DNA from: Lingula anatina
Taxonomy: Eukaryota > Animalia > Brachiopoda
Length of the DNA: 64,000 nucleotides
Assembly: GCA_051362555.1 (NCBI GenBank)
Contig: CM120646.1
Coordinates: 15,190,001 to 15,254,000, forward strand
Reading direction: 5' to 3'
Below the pieces are notes generated by a model that saw only the letters and a list, made by a program, of their open reading frames with translations, made no database searches and was not told the DNA's origin. This document shows, piece after piece, positions 34,698-49,400 of the stretch (the stretch's first letter is position 1; every line of letters starts with the position of its first letter). The position numbers were made by a program, and so were the translations under genes.

Positions 34698-37428
34698 AGA
34701 CTAGTTCCTCAGGAAGTGAAGGCGATGAGATTGCAGAAGTGCATTCATCCAAGCACGAGCTAGAGGTACAAATATATAGTGATTTCTGTTATTGATTAAG
34801 TCTTATATTTAACTGAGTATTTTTGTGTAGAATTTACACATAAAATGTAATATTTTGATTAATTGATGTTACATAATTGTTGAGGGCCCTGAATAGGTGT
34901 AATGACTTTATTACTCGCTTGACATTCTCACGACATACCTTATTTTAATGCAATAAAAGGCCCAACTACCACAACGGCAGAGTTATACAGTCTCATCTTT
35001 GACGGGACGGTGATGATTCGACTCAAATATGATAGGCCCTATCACAAAACTAATCAATAATCCCCTTAGAAAGATAATTATCTTGAGATAAGGGGTTGGT
35101 TTGGAGGGGAATGGTCTTACGAATGTGGTGGATTCAGGGGAAGCTGAACAGTGCCCCGCCTAACATTACTAATACCATTTTATCACTAAGGCAGGCTAAC
35201 AAGAGGTTTAGAGGACATCGTTAACTGTAAAATATGTAACATTTGTTGCTTTATTGCTATTCACTCCAAGATACGGTATGGTCTGAATCAATATCAAAAT
35301 AAAGTTTTGACTCTGTATCTCCTTGTAGGTTTGTGTAGAAAGCGATTCTCTTCTTGTCAAACAAAGAGATGTACCAAAGGTGAGCACCGATCATTTTTAT
35401 AAAATTATCCAACTTTTTTTTTTTTTTTTTTTGTTCCTTTTTGCAACGTAAGCGTTAACAAGAATGGTCATTTTATTCAGTCTTTGGTTTTACATGTAAG
35501 ATAACAAAAATTGTGCGACAAATGTTTTAGCGAAATGAGAAATTTATACTTATACTTTATACTCTTTTTGGTAAAAACGGCAAACAGTAATACTATATTG
35601 ACAATCCTATTTCTGTCATTGTTCAGGAAGTCGATACATTTCAAGGAGACGCAGCTTTTATGGTGCGCCTTTTGGAGAGAAACAAGTCCGAGGAAGCGGA
35701 GCACGTGACGCGGATGATGTCCCGTCCGTTAAAGGAAATGCTGGAAGGTTGGTCAGCATGCTAGACACTTTTCTGAATACTATGTCTCTGGTGGATTCTA
35801 CTAATACTTTAAAGAATTAAATACAACAGTCTAGGGAATTATGGAAGATTATAGAATTACGTGAAGTGCCGCACTGCTGATATCAAACAAAATGATACCA
35901 CAAACATACAGACAGACAGACAGACGTTTATGTACAGCCTGTACAGCCTATACAACAAGGGGTTTATCGCTCTTCATTTTCTGTTAACATGAAAAGCATT
36001 TTTCGAATTTTAGGTGTGGTGTTTGATCCAGATGAAATACGAATCCATCATGAAACCATTGAGGATGATGATACGGTCACTGTCAACCTGGAGTGGAATG
36101 GGCCGCTCAAAGGGGAATACTCGGGGTTTAGAATAACGGTAGAGAAGAGAACCGACGGGAATTTTGTGGCTGATAACACAGTTCACGTTGTGAAAGCAGA
36201 AGTCGGTGAAGAAAGAGAGAGAACAGCGTGTTTGCGACATTTAGAGCGCGGTTCTGTATATAAAGTCCGAATCTTTACTGTATTGGAAAAAGAAGAAGGG
36301 GTTTTCAGAACAAGCCAGCCGTCAAAAATAGTCATAGCTACTAGTAAGTATAAGTCATTCGTGTAATTATATGTATTATAATACATATCAAGAAGTGGTC
36401 GTATCATTCAACTACACCTCTTTGCAAGGAATATAAATGGTGTTACGTGCATGAATACGCACCGAATGCGAATGCATGCACTTTACGGGCAACGCCCTTT
36501 CCTTTGGGGCGCAGATTTTCATCCCGCATTTAACCAGGTTTATAGAACGAATAGGTGCTTCATTCATTATAAGATAATTCTTTCTATGTATCATTGATTT
36601 TTTTAATATGTCATCTTCAGAGCCACCCGAGCCCCGTTTATTTGTTCTGAAAAAATCACCTGGAAGATTTGCAAGAAATGACAGGAGGTTAACATTGACC
36701 GGTATGGTGGACAAGGGTAATGTGACCTCATTCGTTTTGCAATACAGCGTTTACTCCACCCACGCTAGCACGAGTGGGACTCATTCGAAAACCACCACGA
36801 AATCGCGTGCAATTCCGGATGTTATAACAGGCAAAGAGACAGATATCCAAGTGAGAGACCTTCTACCAGGGACACTCTACAGGTGGGTTAGCTAGGTTTT
36901 AATGTAGAATCTCCTCCTCCTTAGCAATGGAAGGGCGCATACACATATGTGTAATGGAAAGCTTCGTGGTATAAATTTTTCACATTTTAAACCCGTGTGA
37001 ACACGTTTCATAACTGATGACGACGAATGTAGGTTAACGTGACTGTAGTTACAGGTAGATCTTCATTAAATGGGTTAACCATTCTTTTCTAGCGCCTCTC
37101 CTGTAATCAGATTATATAGTTATATGTGTGATTTGCTTTATGTTATATGTGATTTGCGTCATGTTATTTATGCATGAAGAGGCGGTGTGTCGTCCTTCTA
37201 TGCTAAAACATTGATTAAAATGAATTGTTTGTATTATTGACCGCTATTAGCAGTTGTAGGACGTGGTTACCACTCACCAAATCTCTGGCTTTCAGATTCA
37301 TGCTGAAGTGCAGATGTGACTATAGTAAAATGGAAACTGAGGAAAGGCCAATAAACATGGATGCTTCTCACACCGAAAGTGATTTCGTTGAAATAACTGT
37401 TCTTACAAGTGAGTGGATAAATGCAATT

Positions 37429-37464
<36 letters not shown>

Positions 37465-40400
37465 GGGGGGGGGGGCACAATTTTCAATTGCGATGAATTG
37501 GTAAGGTTTGCGATTATAGTTTTAATCAAATGTGTCAGTGCAATACAGTATTTTTAGTCCTTGTATCAGTGCCATGTTTGCATTTAGCTTTTAGCATATG
37601 CATTTTTTTTTTTTTGCTGATGCGAACTAGCACATGTACATGTATCACGCACTGTATCAAAAATATATCTTACATCTATTCTCCAGTTCCTGGTGAGGTG
37701 AAGAAAGTGGAACTGCAAAAAGAAAGAATGCCCAAATTGGATACTACGACAAGTGTCCCAATACGATGGGTTAAGCCAAAGGGCAGCGTTGACAGATACA
37801 CTGTGTTCTACAGAGGAAGCCAGGATGAAGTATTCCGACAAGTACTTTCTCACAAAGAAAGCTGTATCTTATACGGGCTCACACCAGGCACCGAGTACAC
37901 TGTAATTGTTGCAGCGGAGTGTTGTACTGATAACGAGGTAAGAATTAAGCAAAAAATGACAACGATATTACCTAGCAAATAACATGCAAATAATGATAAC
38001 AGTATACTCATCATTATTATTTTTATATTCCGTATTTTATTCAACGGCAAACTATATTTAAAGGACCAGTGGCTTTACTGGTATAATGCTGGTGATTGTG
38101 GCTGATAGTCCCAAATGTCATATACGCAGCGTATATATTGCTTCCTTTGTATGCTTTTTATGAAGGATGTTTAAAAACAGTTTGAGAAGAGTCATAAAAG
38201 CTAATGATACATTGTAAAAATTGGCTGATTTACAGTAGTTTATCGATTATACCTAAAGTATAAAATCGAAAATTTCCTTTTTATTAGCTTTGTGAATACC
38301 CACCAGCCGAAGGGATACAAGAAAGTGCCGAATCAAATTATATACAGGGGAAGAAGGTCCAGGCAGACATCACACTATACACACGTAAGTCTAGCTTGCA
38401 GCAAATTAAGGCTAATGTACTGAAAAAGAACAACCGTACACATATTCTGTCATCCTTTTTTGTTTTCCCTAAATTTCCCAATTACTTTCCCATTGCCTAT
38501 GTAGGCAGCGTGTCTCTCATTATTCTCTCTAGACCCCGCAAAACCGACAGAAATGGCGGCTGATTCCACCTGTACCAGTATAGATGTCACTTGGGCGAAA
38601 CCGTTGGGACAAGTGCAGTCGTACCTGGTCTCTTGGAGTGACGGCAGCGGTGACACCGGTCTTAAAGAGGTTCCATGCGACACGTGCACGTATACCATTA
38701 ATTACCTACAGCCGGGCACCAAGTACACTATATCAGTGCAAGCAAAAAGTAATGGGATTTTAAGTGAGAAGGAAATCATGTCCAAAGTTACAGGTAAATA
38801 ATTTCCATTCGTCAGATCAATAAATGTATAATGTTTTATTTTAAGAAATATCTTGTATTTAATACTGTGTGTTTTGAAATATTCATTTATACAAATTACA
38901 GGCTAATCCATGTTACAAGCAATGTATATAGGTATTTTTCTCAATTGCTCTAGCTTCAGCTGCGAAATGCGCTTTTGATTTAAACGTTCTCATTCAGTAA
39001 TAAAAAATCTTATCGAATAGTGCCAGACAGTGCAGTTGACGTGAACATTTCCGAGGTCGGTGACGATACATCCAAAGTGAGAGTGACATGGGGACGATTA
39101 CAAGGGCGTGTTGATTCATATTCTGTAATTTGTATGGACCGAGCCATACAACGAGAATGCTACCGCCGTGAAATAAGAACTGTCAAATCCCAGGATGACC
39201 ACTCTGTTGAATTGCAAGGTCTTGTACCAGGGCGCTATTATGAAGTATGCATCACCGCCTTCAGTTGGGATGTTCAAGGTCGTAGGGAGGATTTTCAATT
39301 CTCTACCAGTAAGCTTTTGTGAATTCCCAAATGCCGGTTTGTTCTTCTCTGTTTCGGAGATTAGTCTGCATTAACCCAAGGCTTCTATGTCCTACTGTGT
39401 GCCTACTACTGTAATTTGATTTATAGTTAAGCACAGATATCGAACATTCTGTATATACCGGTAGCAATATCAGTATACCAGTAGTAAAGCTTAGTAGCAT
39501 ATGAGAAGTCAGAGGTAAAGTATGGAACCAATATTAGAGCGTTTTAAATACTAAAACACATTTGCTTATTCTCTAATATATTTTCGTGTGATATGTGATG
39601 TCTAAATTTAGAATGTTATGATTGTACATTAAATGTTTGTTACCCCTTACCCAAATGAAATGTTTGCGGCAACGATTTTGCAGCAGTTTGCCGGAAATTA
39701 TTGCTGCTAATTTGCAGAAATATTAAATTTGCTGCAAATTTCCGAAAAGGAATTGCATTTTGCATCAATATTGCAGCAAATTTACAGCATTTTTGCAGCA
39801 GACCTGATATTTTCCTAATGGACTTGATCTCAAAATAAATATCTTTGCCACACTTTCGTATACAGAGCCAAACCCGCCTAAACGTCTCAGGTTAGACGAT
39901 GAGCCGGGCATGGATCGTTCTGCATTCGAATGGGAACCCCCTGTTGGAGATGTCGAGGAATATGTACTGAGGATCAATCAGAAAGATAGTGACCATTGCC
40001 TTGGCGATCACGTCACGACAGCAACTGGCTTTTCAGTAAACGATCTTTCTCCGGGATCAATATATGTGTGTTTTGTGACATCTTACAGTCAAGGAAAAGA
40101 AAGTGTCCCGTCATGCATAACGTTCATAACAGGTAAATAAAAGTACCCACATATCTGTAAATATCAGCAGACATATGCTAAAAGACTCACTGAGAAAATA
40201 ACGTTAAAAGATATAACAATAACTTTGTAAACGTCTGCTTTTACTTAAGCATCATTATGTACTACAGGTATCTTATATATCTGACAATAAAGTAATATGC
40301 ATTGAATTATCTGCAGCACCTGTTCCCCCAGAAGAAATTCAGTTGGAGTTACGTGATGACACGAGTGTTTTTGTCACTTGGAGATCCCCGTCAGTTGGTC

Positions 40401-43400
40401 TGTATGATGGGTATACTGCTCGCTGTTACTCCTGTGAAACGGGGGACACAATAATGGAGGTGAAATCGAATCTTGAAAAAGCTGAATTCTGCGAACTCTT
40501 TCCTGGAACCAAATACAAGTTTTCAGTAGAATCTTGTTCAAATGGCCGTTTTAGTCAACCTGCAGAAAAACATTACCTAATCAGTAAGTTGGTGAAATTA
40601 TCTTAATTGTCATTGCTAACATTTTCAATAGAATACACAGTGTGTGGCAGTGTATGTTGATCTTATAAAAGTGGATATTGATAACTTAATAAAATAAAAT
40701 AGAAACATTCCTGTATGTATTTCTACAGTATGTCACGCTTTACGCGAAAACAACTGTAATTTGCAAACCATCCTCTTTATATCCTAGGACCGGGCAAACC
40801 AGTTGTATTAAAACAGGAAAAGTTTGATACGAGAACTATACTCCTCCAATGGTGTCCACCGCATGGCAAAGTTAATCAGTATGTAGTGAAATACACTGGT
40901 TTCGGTGAGGACTGCCAAGAGACAATGACGACAGAGGATGCAGGAATAACTCTTTGCAATCTTAACCCTGGAACTCGGTATTCTGGTGATATCATAGCGA
41001 GGGTGTTTGATGATGGACGACATTTTGATGGGCTGGTAGAGCACTGGACGGCTGTCACAGGTATCACGACATTTAGCACAGTAACAAATGCTAAACTTAT
41101 TTAAATGGTTGATATATTGAACATTTGTTTTTGTTGTATGTATCCCAATTCATTAAACTTGTGATGCGCTTTTTATATTCTTTAAGTGTATATAATAATA
41201 ATAATAATAAGTTTCTCTTATCATACACACGTCTAATAAATTTAATGCATACATATGGAAGAATATATTTCAGCAAAGTAACTTTCTTAAGTTGTAAAAG
41301 ACCCCCGGGTTTTTTACTACGATTTTTTTAACCGTAAGGCAGACCCCTGGTAGAGAAAACAGCTAGGTTGACATTACACCGGTTCGCTTTTTTTAAAGAT
41401 CCTGATTGGATAGGAGACTGTGACGTTATGCACCTGACTCTAAAGAGTGTCCAGCTGTCCTGGAGGCGACCAGATGGTCAAGTCAACCATTTCCGAGTAT
41501 CTTACTGGCCGCGCGGGAAGGCTTACCGCTCGAAATATGTGGAAATACGAGAAACGTGCAAAGTCCTCACAGGTTTGGATCCTGGTACACGTTACGAAGC
41601 ACAGATCACGTCAGTGTCAAACGGGAGGGAAAGCGATTCTTACCAAATGCAGTTTGACACAGGTATATAATCAAATGTAACACTCTTTGATAGATTTTGC
41701 TAGGTAATATTGATCAAAGCTGAAAAATAAACTGTGATTGACTAGTTTCAGTGTAATATACACACTTCATTTGTATGGAATCTGTTGCTTTCTTCCAGGT
41801 CCGGATGTGGCATTGGATTTTGCAGAAGCAGGCAAGGGATCGACCCACGTGGATCTAAAATGGAACATACCGCACGGTTCATTTGAATTCTTCATCGTTC
41901 GATGGCGGTCACAAGATGAGGCAGGGCTATATGAAAGCACAGAGACAACAAAGACACATCACACCGTTGATGGCTTGTGCCCTGGCGACCGATATGAAGT
42001 CAGTGTTGTTACAGTCAGTAACGAGATGGAGAGTGAACCTTGTTTCATTTATGTGCAAACAGGTGGGGTTTTTTTTTATTTTTATTTTTTGGGGAGTTTT
42101 AGCACACATTGTTTGTTTGTTTTCCATGATGTCTCGTATCATTTCCCTCTCCATCAGGAATATAACCGAGATGTTTGTTGCATAATAGAATTATGTAGTG
42201 CAATTTGACACATACATTTATTAATTCTACAAAAAGAAAATATTATATTTTACCAGACCCAGCACCCATTGCAGATATAGATATTGAACCTTGTATTGAT
42301 GCTATCAAGTGCAAATGGAGTAAACCCAAAGGCAAAGTTGACGGATACCTGTTGCAATTGAAGGGACCCAAAGATTTACAAACAGGCAAAACATTGCCTC
42401 CTATAGAAGTAGAAGAGGTGGAAATTCCTGGATTGACTCCGGGAACAACATACCTTGGTTGTCTATTTACCGTGCGAAATAACCAACGAAGCGAGTCTTA
42501 TTGTTTCAGTTGTTCCACAAGTAGGTGCAACTGTGTCAAATAAGTTGGATATGGTAAATCATCTATTCCATACAAAATCGCAAACAGGCATGACAAAGTC
42601 ACTGGAAATAGTATGGCGCATATGGAAGCGGTTAGAACATTACGAGAACAATGTAACCCAGATACCATAATTACAAAATACGACTTAGATAACATCAGAG
42701 CCTCTTTGGTCCATGATAATATTTGTATTCTTTTTATTTCAGGGCCAGCCAAATGCACTCCAGAGTGCAGTGACAAGGGTACCAGGTCTTTGAAAATAAC
42801 GTGGGAACCCGCTGAAGGCGAGATTCGGTATTATGAGATCCAATTGATCAGAGATCATGAATCTGTTCGAATTAAGAAAGTACCTCGAGACAACGATACA
42901 GAGACAGCGTTTGATGAACTGCTACCAGGGACTAAATATGAAGTGATAATTCGCACCGTTACTGACAATGCAGACACTGCAAGTGACCCACTGAATGTTT
43001 ACACAGGTATTGTATATTTGGGTACTTGTGTTTCCCTTATCTGTATTTGTATCTTTACTAACTTCAGTCACAATATTGATCCGGTATAAATTTCCTGACG
43101 TAATTAAGTTATAAATATACGTTTGCAGACGAATTAAAACCAGTAAAAAAATATTGTATTTTGTGTCCCCTAACAGATCCAGATGAAGTTGGTGATATCG
43201 AGGTACAAACACAGGAACGATCGGCAACTCTTTGTTGGGAACCCCCATCTGGAAATTGGGAAAGTTTCAGGGTTTCTCACTGGAAATACAAAAAACAGGA
43301 TAAAATTGATGAATACACACACGAATGTGTGTTTGCTCTGGTCGACCTTGAACCAGGAGAAAAGAATTATGTAGAAATCACTACTCTTGTAAACAGTATA

Positions 43401-46400
43401 GAAAGCAAAGAACGAACGACTACTTTTGTTACAGGTAGGTGTATTTCTTTACATAATGTTTAACTGTAAGGGTCATTTAACACTCAAAAACATGAATTTT
43501 AGAACTACATGTAACTTCATCCTATTTATAGAGTTATAATGATTATCTCATATACATTTATCATCTAAGTTATTTTAATTGATAAACTTAATTGTTATGT
43601 TTATAATTGTGATTTGATTACCATTTATGCATCTCGACGTATTTTTTGTCCAGTCCCTGCCATGGTTAGTAAAGAAAAGATCCATGTGACAGAAGAAATA
43701 AAGTCTTTTAAACTCAAATGGGATCGGCCTGTTGGTCAAGTTGATGGCTATGACATTTTGGTCAAGCAGGAAGACAACGAATCATACAAACCAAACTTTA
43801 AAACACCCAAACCAAATGCCTTGATCAATAAAATCACCCCTGGAGTCAGCTACATAATTGAAATCCGATCTTTTAGTGTTGAAAATCACAGTGAACCATG
43901 TTGCATCCATCTACAAAAATGTAAGTATACAAATAGAAATTTGAGTCACCATGAAATAGCCTTAAAGCCTATAAAATAGAATGTGTACATTGAGCGTTTT
44001 GTGCGTATATGTGAGTTTTTTAAGCGATAAGAATTTAGCCAAGGAAACATTAAATCCTCATGGATTGGTACATTGTCAAAGGAGCATATATTTTGAATTG
44101 CCTGGTATTATAACCTAGCCTCACCTTCTATGTTTTGACACTTAATGATATAGATGCATTAGAACGTTAGAACTGAATATTATTGAAATACTTCTTTAGG
44201 CGTGCAGCATATGTGATATCCAAATATATTATGGAAAACGTTACTTAATGTTCTTCTGGCTACCTGTTTATACTTGATGATATAACGTGTTACAAAAATA
44301 CATTTAAGCACCAGCGCCACCCACGCTGCAGAGGGGTGGAGTTATTGCCACCAAGAACACGATTACATTGTCCTGGGACCTCCCAAAAGGAAAGTTTGAA
44401 CGATATCAGATCTTTTGCAAAAAGGATGTCACTGACAAGAAGGATGGTATTGACACTGGGACATGTTATGACCTTAGTGCAGGGAAGACATATGTAATAA
44501 ACGATCTGCAACCAAGCACCCATTACATCGGTTGGATCCGTACCCTGTCCAGAGGGGAACTAGAGAGTGAGCATGTGAACTTCGACTGTTTTACAGGTTT
44601 GTACTGTAATTTCTAAGATTTGTATTTTGTTTAAAGCAATGTTTACAACTTAGCAACATGTCTAATTACACCTGTTTTGTTGTATAGAACCAGAACCTCC
44701 ACAGCATTTCACTTGCCTAAAAGATCTTAGAGAAACGACAACATTGACATTGAAATGGGGGGCAAGTAGAGGTGATATTGAAGGATACACACTGATCGTC
44801 AGGGACACAGTTGGCAAAGAGACCTTCCATGAACTAAAGCCGAACATCACCAGATACTTAGTAAAAAATTTGACTCCCGGCATGATGTATCATTGTCTGA
44901 TCTCCAGTACATCACAGGCAGGCGTGAAGAGCAGCTACGTGGAATGCCAAACAAGCACAGGTTCGTAAACGTTATTATTCTATTACATGTGTGTGTTCTT
45001 AACAAGCTTGATAATAAGAGTATGGAATAAATTTGATCTGATAGCGATTGGCTATACAAATATAAATTTCAAAGTTTACTTTTGGATAAACATAAATGCA
45101 TTTAACGAAATGCTCAAGGAAACATGTATCTTGAATGTGTTTTTTCATAAAGGTAATACGAATACATATGTTAACACTACTTGCCTTCAGTTCCAGAAGT
45201 TCCAAAAGCCGAATTCATCACCATAAGCTTTCGCGAAGGTGCATATGTGGTGTGTTGGGAAAGGCCACGTGGGGTATTCAAACACATGTCCTTTGAATAT
45301 TTCCCAACTGACAGTGAAAAAGATCTGAAAACGCTGACGTCAAAAGAGAGTCCGTCACCGCCACTTTCCGTCACCTCTGGAACTATTTATGTCCTGCACG
45401 CTTTCTCCGTAACGGATCATGACAAAAGTGACCAATGTGTACTGAAATTTACAACAGGTATGTTTGTTTGCATTCCCACAATTGAACGTTGCGTATTTTA
45501 TCACCAATGTTCTACGTCCATATTGATTTATGCGTGATGCTGCATTTAAATGGCATTCACCATTTTTATTTTCATATAATTACATAGGCAGTATTTCTAG
45601 TTATTTAACGGTGTCGTTTTTAATATACAATTGACTTTTGTAGCGCCAACCAAACCCGTACTATGTGATCAAATGGACATTGAAACAAGGTCAGTCTCCA
45701 TTAGTTGGGAGCCGGTTCAAGCATTGTGTAGTTACGAAGTGTCTTGCAGACAAGCTGGCATCAACGCCATGAACCCAGAAAGAACAACGGAATGTAGATA
45801 TAAACTGATGAACTTATTGCCCGCCACAAAGTATGATGTAAAATTAGCAAGCTGTGTAAAGGACAATAAAGGGGAACTACTAAAGAGTGATACAAGCAAC
45901 TGCACAATATGGACCAGTAAGTCTGTCTTCGTAATAATTGAGATGCGTACATGTATACTTAAAATGCCACTCTCTATCTGTTTATGTGAAGGATGCATAT
46001 TCTGTTGCGTTCTTCAGAAAAAACACCATTGCTGTTTTTGTTATATATATTCACTGTGACAGCCTGGCATGTCAGAATGCATCATATCCCATCCTGGTTA
46101 TTGTTGCACGTTATATCTCTTTAGATCCGTCAGCACCAACCAACTTCAAACAGATATGGTCACAGGTGAACAAGAAAAGGCAACCAACATCGGTTAAGCT
46201 GAAATGGGAAATGCCAAGAGAAGACATTGATCACTTTGAAATAGTCTATGACGCCCAGGGGGTTGGGCGTAGTCCAGTGAATGTCGAGTGCAGCCTAGAG
46301 ACTGCCGAAATAGTTGGGTTAGAGCCTGGAACTGAATACAACTGCAGTATTTCGGCTTTTTTAAGCAGTGGACAAAAGAGTGAATGTGCCACGTGTAAGG

Positions 46401-49400
46401 CTTTTACAGGTATTTATAATTATTGATTTCTGGTTAATAGTAGGTTATAATACCTCTTGTAGAATTATAGGCCTTTGATTGGTCAGTGGCCACCGGCTAT
46501 TTCAAAAAATAACACTGGTTTGGACAAGGGGACTTTTGGTTATATGACCATGCACTATTACCGTGGACTATAAGTTGATCTGAAGTGAAGGTTTTATTCA
46601 AAACCCTCTGATTAGCCAGATTCCACAGAGTGTCTAGAAATTAGACATTCTGTAACAATGCGGTATGGGTCGTGTATGGCATTCATAACGTTTTGAAGTG
46701 AATTAGATATTTATAGACCTACACACACTGGAAAGTAGAAGTGTCACCCCTACTGAACCAATACTTAAGGGAGATGAATGACTGTGGAATGATATGCTCC
46801 TGGTGTTATGTTATTAACATCAAATTTCACAAAAAGACCAACAGTACAATTCCATGGTACAGCGGTTTTATACTCATTAGTCACATTATACAGGTAAATA
46901 GACCAGGCATTATAAGTTTGATTACTCTGATTCAGGGGGGTGACACTTCTATTGTCCAGTGTGTGTAGATATGTAGGCGCACTTATTAAAAAGTGAAAGT
47001 TGCCTTTCTTCATACATTTAAGGACAATTGCTATAGTAAACCAAGTAATGCAAAGTCTCTCTCGGGCTACGATAAAAAGTGACCAGTGAGAAGAAAAAAA
47101 GACACCTCGCTTCGTGTGGGGACAGTGCGATTTTTTATTCAGTTCATCTTATTCGTACACTTCGTTCATTGAAATGATATCCTAAAGGTTGTGTTATTAG
47201 ATAACCTGTACATTTGTGAGGTAAAGGTTAAGTACGGTACACTTTTAAATATAAGTTCAGAATTTAATCCTACTTTACAGCGCCCGCAATGCCCGGTACT
47301 ATTGTAACAGGTACCCTTGTAGCAAGCAACAAAGGTTTATACTTGCAATGGATGCCAGCTGCAGGAGCTGTCCATAATTATATTATCATGTACAGAAGTG
47401 CTCAAGTAACTGTCACTGACAATCAAGACGACGGCAGTGCAGATACTCAGACAAAACTACTTCTACAGGGAAGTAACAATGATGAACCGGCGTCAGAAAA
47501 AAATCTAGAAATTCTAGACAACGATGAAGAAAAGGCACGTGATGCAAGCTATGAACAAACCGAAACTGTGCAAAGCAAGTGCAATTTAGAAAGGCTTGTT
47601 CCTGGCACAAATTATGAAATCCGAATTTTTGCGATAACTCACGGTTATCCTAGTCTGCCACAACAGCTGACACAGGCAACAAGTGAGCGTTACTATTTTA
47701 TCTTTACTGTATGTACACAATGACCTATCCATACAGTTTACTTTCAATAAAGGGTTATATTTTGTTTTCATTATGTTGTAGATATTCGAAACACAAGCAT
47801 GTCTCTTTATTAAACATCTATACTATGCAGGAATTTGATACAGTAATTTGATATATTGAGTTGGAATCAAAGTGATGTTTTATGTATTTATTTTATTCCA
47901 GAGCCGGGTAAACCTGGGGAAGTTACAAAAAAAGAACAGACAACTAGTGCAGAATCAATATCTCTGTCTTGGGGTGCTAGTGAAGGCAATGTCAGTGGAT
48001 ATGAAATAGAATACGGAAGAGAAGACCGAACCACAAGACAACCATTGAGCTCAAGTACTCCAAATTGTATCATTGATAACATATCGCCTGGTGTTCCCTA
48101 TAGCTACAAAGTGTATGCTATAAGTAATGGGATGAGAGGCGATCCTTCTCAGTTTGTAGCAGCCACAGGTAGATTTATCATTTCTTCGCACAAGTTTTCA
48201 ACACACACCATATGCTGCAATGGTGGTTGGGTTACATCAACAACCCTGATTTATTGCACACATGTGAACTAGATCTACAATAAAGTTTTCGGTATGATAT
48301 GATATGATATGATGTGTTTTAAATATTTCTCAATTCAAAATATACATAGCAAGAACAGTCAACTATATAGCCTATATTCGTTTGTTAAAGTATATATTCT
48401 TTAAATGTGTACTGTTATTAAGCAGAAATACTTTTAGATGTTTGTTTTAATTTCAGATCTTCCGTGTCCTGAAAATTTCCGACAGATCCAAAGCGATTTA
48501 CCCACACGCTCAGTACATTTGCAGTGGGATGCACCGCCATCTATTGCGGCAGCTTCTTGGTCATACACGGTGAAATATCGACGTTTTAGAACTACCGAAG
48601 AATACCACAATGATACGGAGGTTAAAGCTCAAAGTCTGAAAGTTACTGGGTTAGTCCCAGGCAGAAAGTACGAATTCTCTCTTCAAGTTACTGGATGGAA
48701 AGACACAATCGGCCACTCTACAAGCAAAGAAGTGTTTTGCATAGGAGCAACAGGTACACAAGCTTTCATGCAATGAACCATTTTCTTTACAATGATATTT
48801 TCTGCAGACACATCTTGTTTCATACATGTAGGGGGCAAAACTGTTGGTCTAAAAGTTTTGACCATTTTCTAGTTATTTTATGAAACTGGCCACTGGAGCT
48901 ATACCACATCTGGTCGTAAAGGTTTGTTAAAACTTAAGTAATATATCAGTCATCCACTCGGTGTCAACCAATGCAACATTATCAGCACCACTTAAGCAAT
49001 TGCTGACTTAATTGGGTAAATAACTAGACCAGATATGTTGAAAGTATATGTGTTTCGTAATACCAATGGGCAGAAATGTATAAAAGATGGATTTTTTACA
49101 ACCATAGGCGCTGAACATCCTACGTACGTACTCATACCTGTACCATAATATTTTTTCTTTCTATACAGATCCAGAACCAGTCCATGGTCTTATATGGGAT
49201 ACGTTAACCAACACATTATCTTGGGAAAAGCCTGACGGTGATATTTGTAGATACGATGTCACCGTTGAGGTGGGAGAAAATAAGAATATATCCCGCACAA
49301 CGACCTGCAGACATAAAGTGGAAACTATTGAAAGGGGGGAAACCTATGTTTTCAGTGTAGCGGCCATCAGCAATGAAATAACAAGCAAGACGATTTTAAA

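Noticed and set aside
37937-37982. Apparent missing GT donor or premature stop at the end of FN3 repeat 3 (…TTILPSK*)
   Set aside because: A strong donor GAG|GTAAGA at 37937 plus an extra exon 38288-38384 (phase 0 to 1) restores the frame, so this is not a pseudogene lesion.
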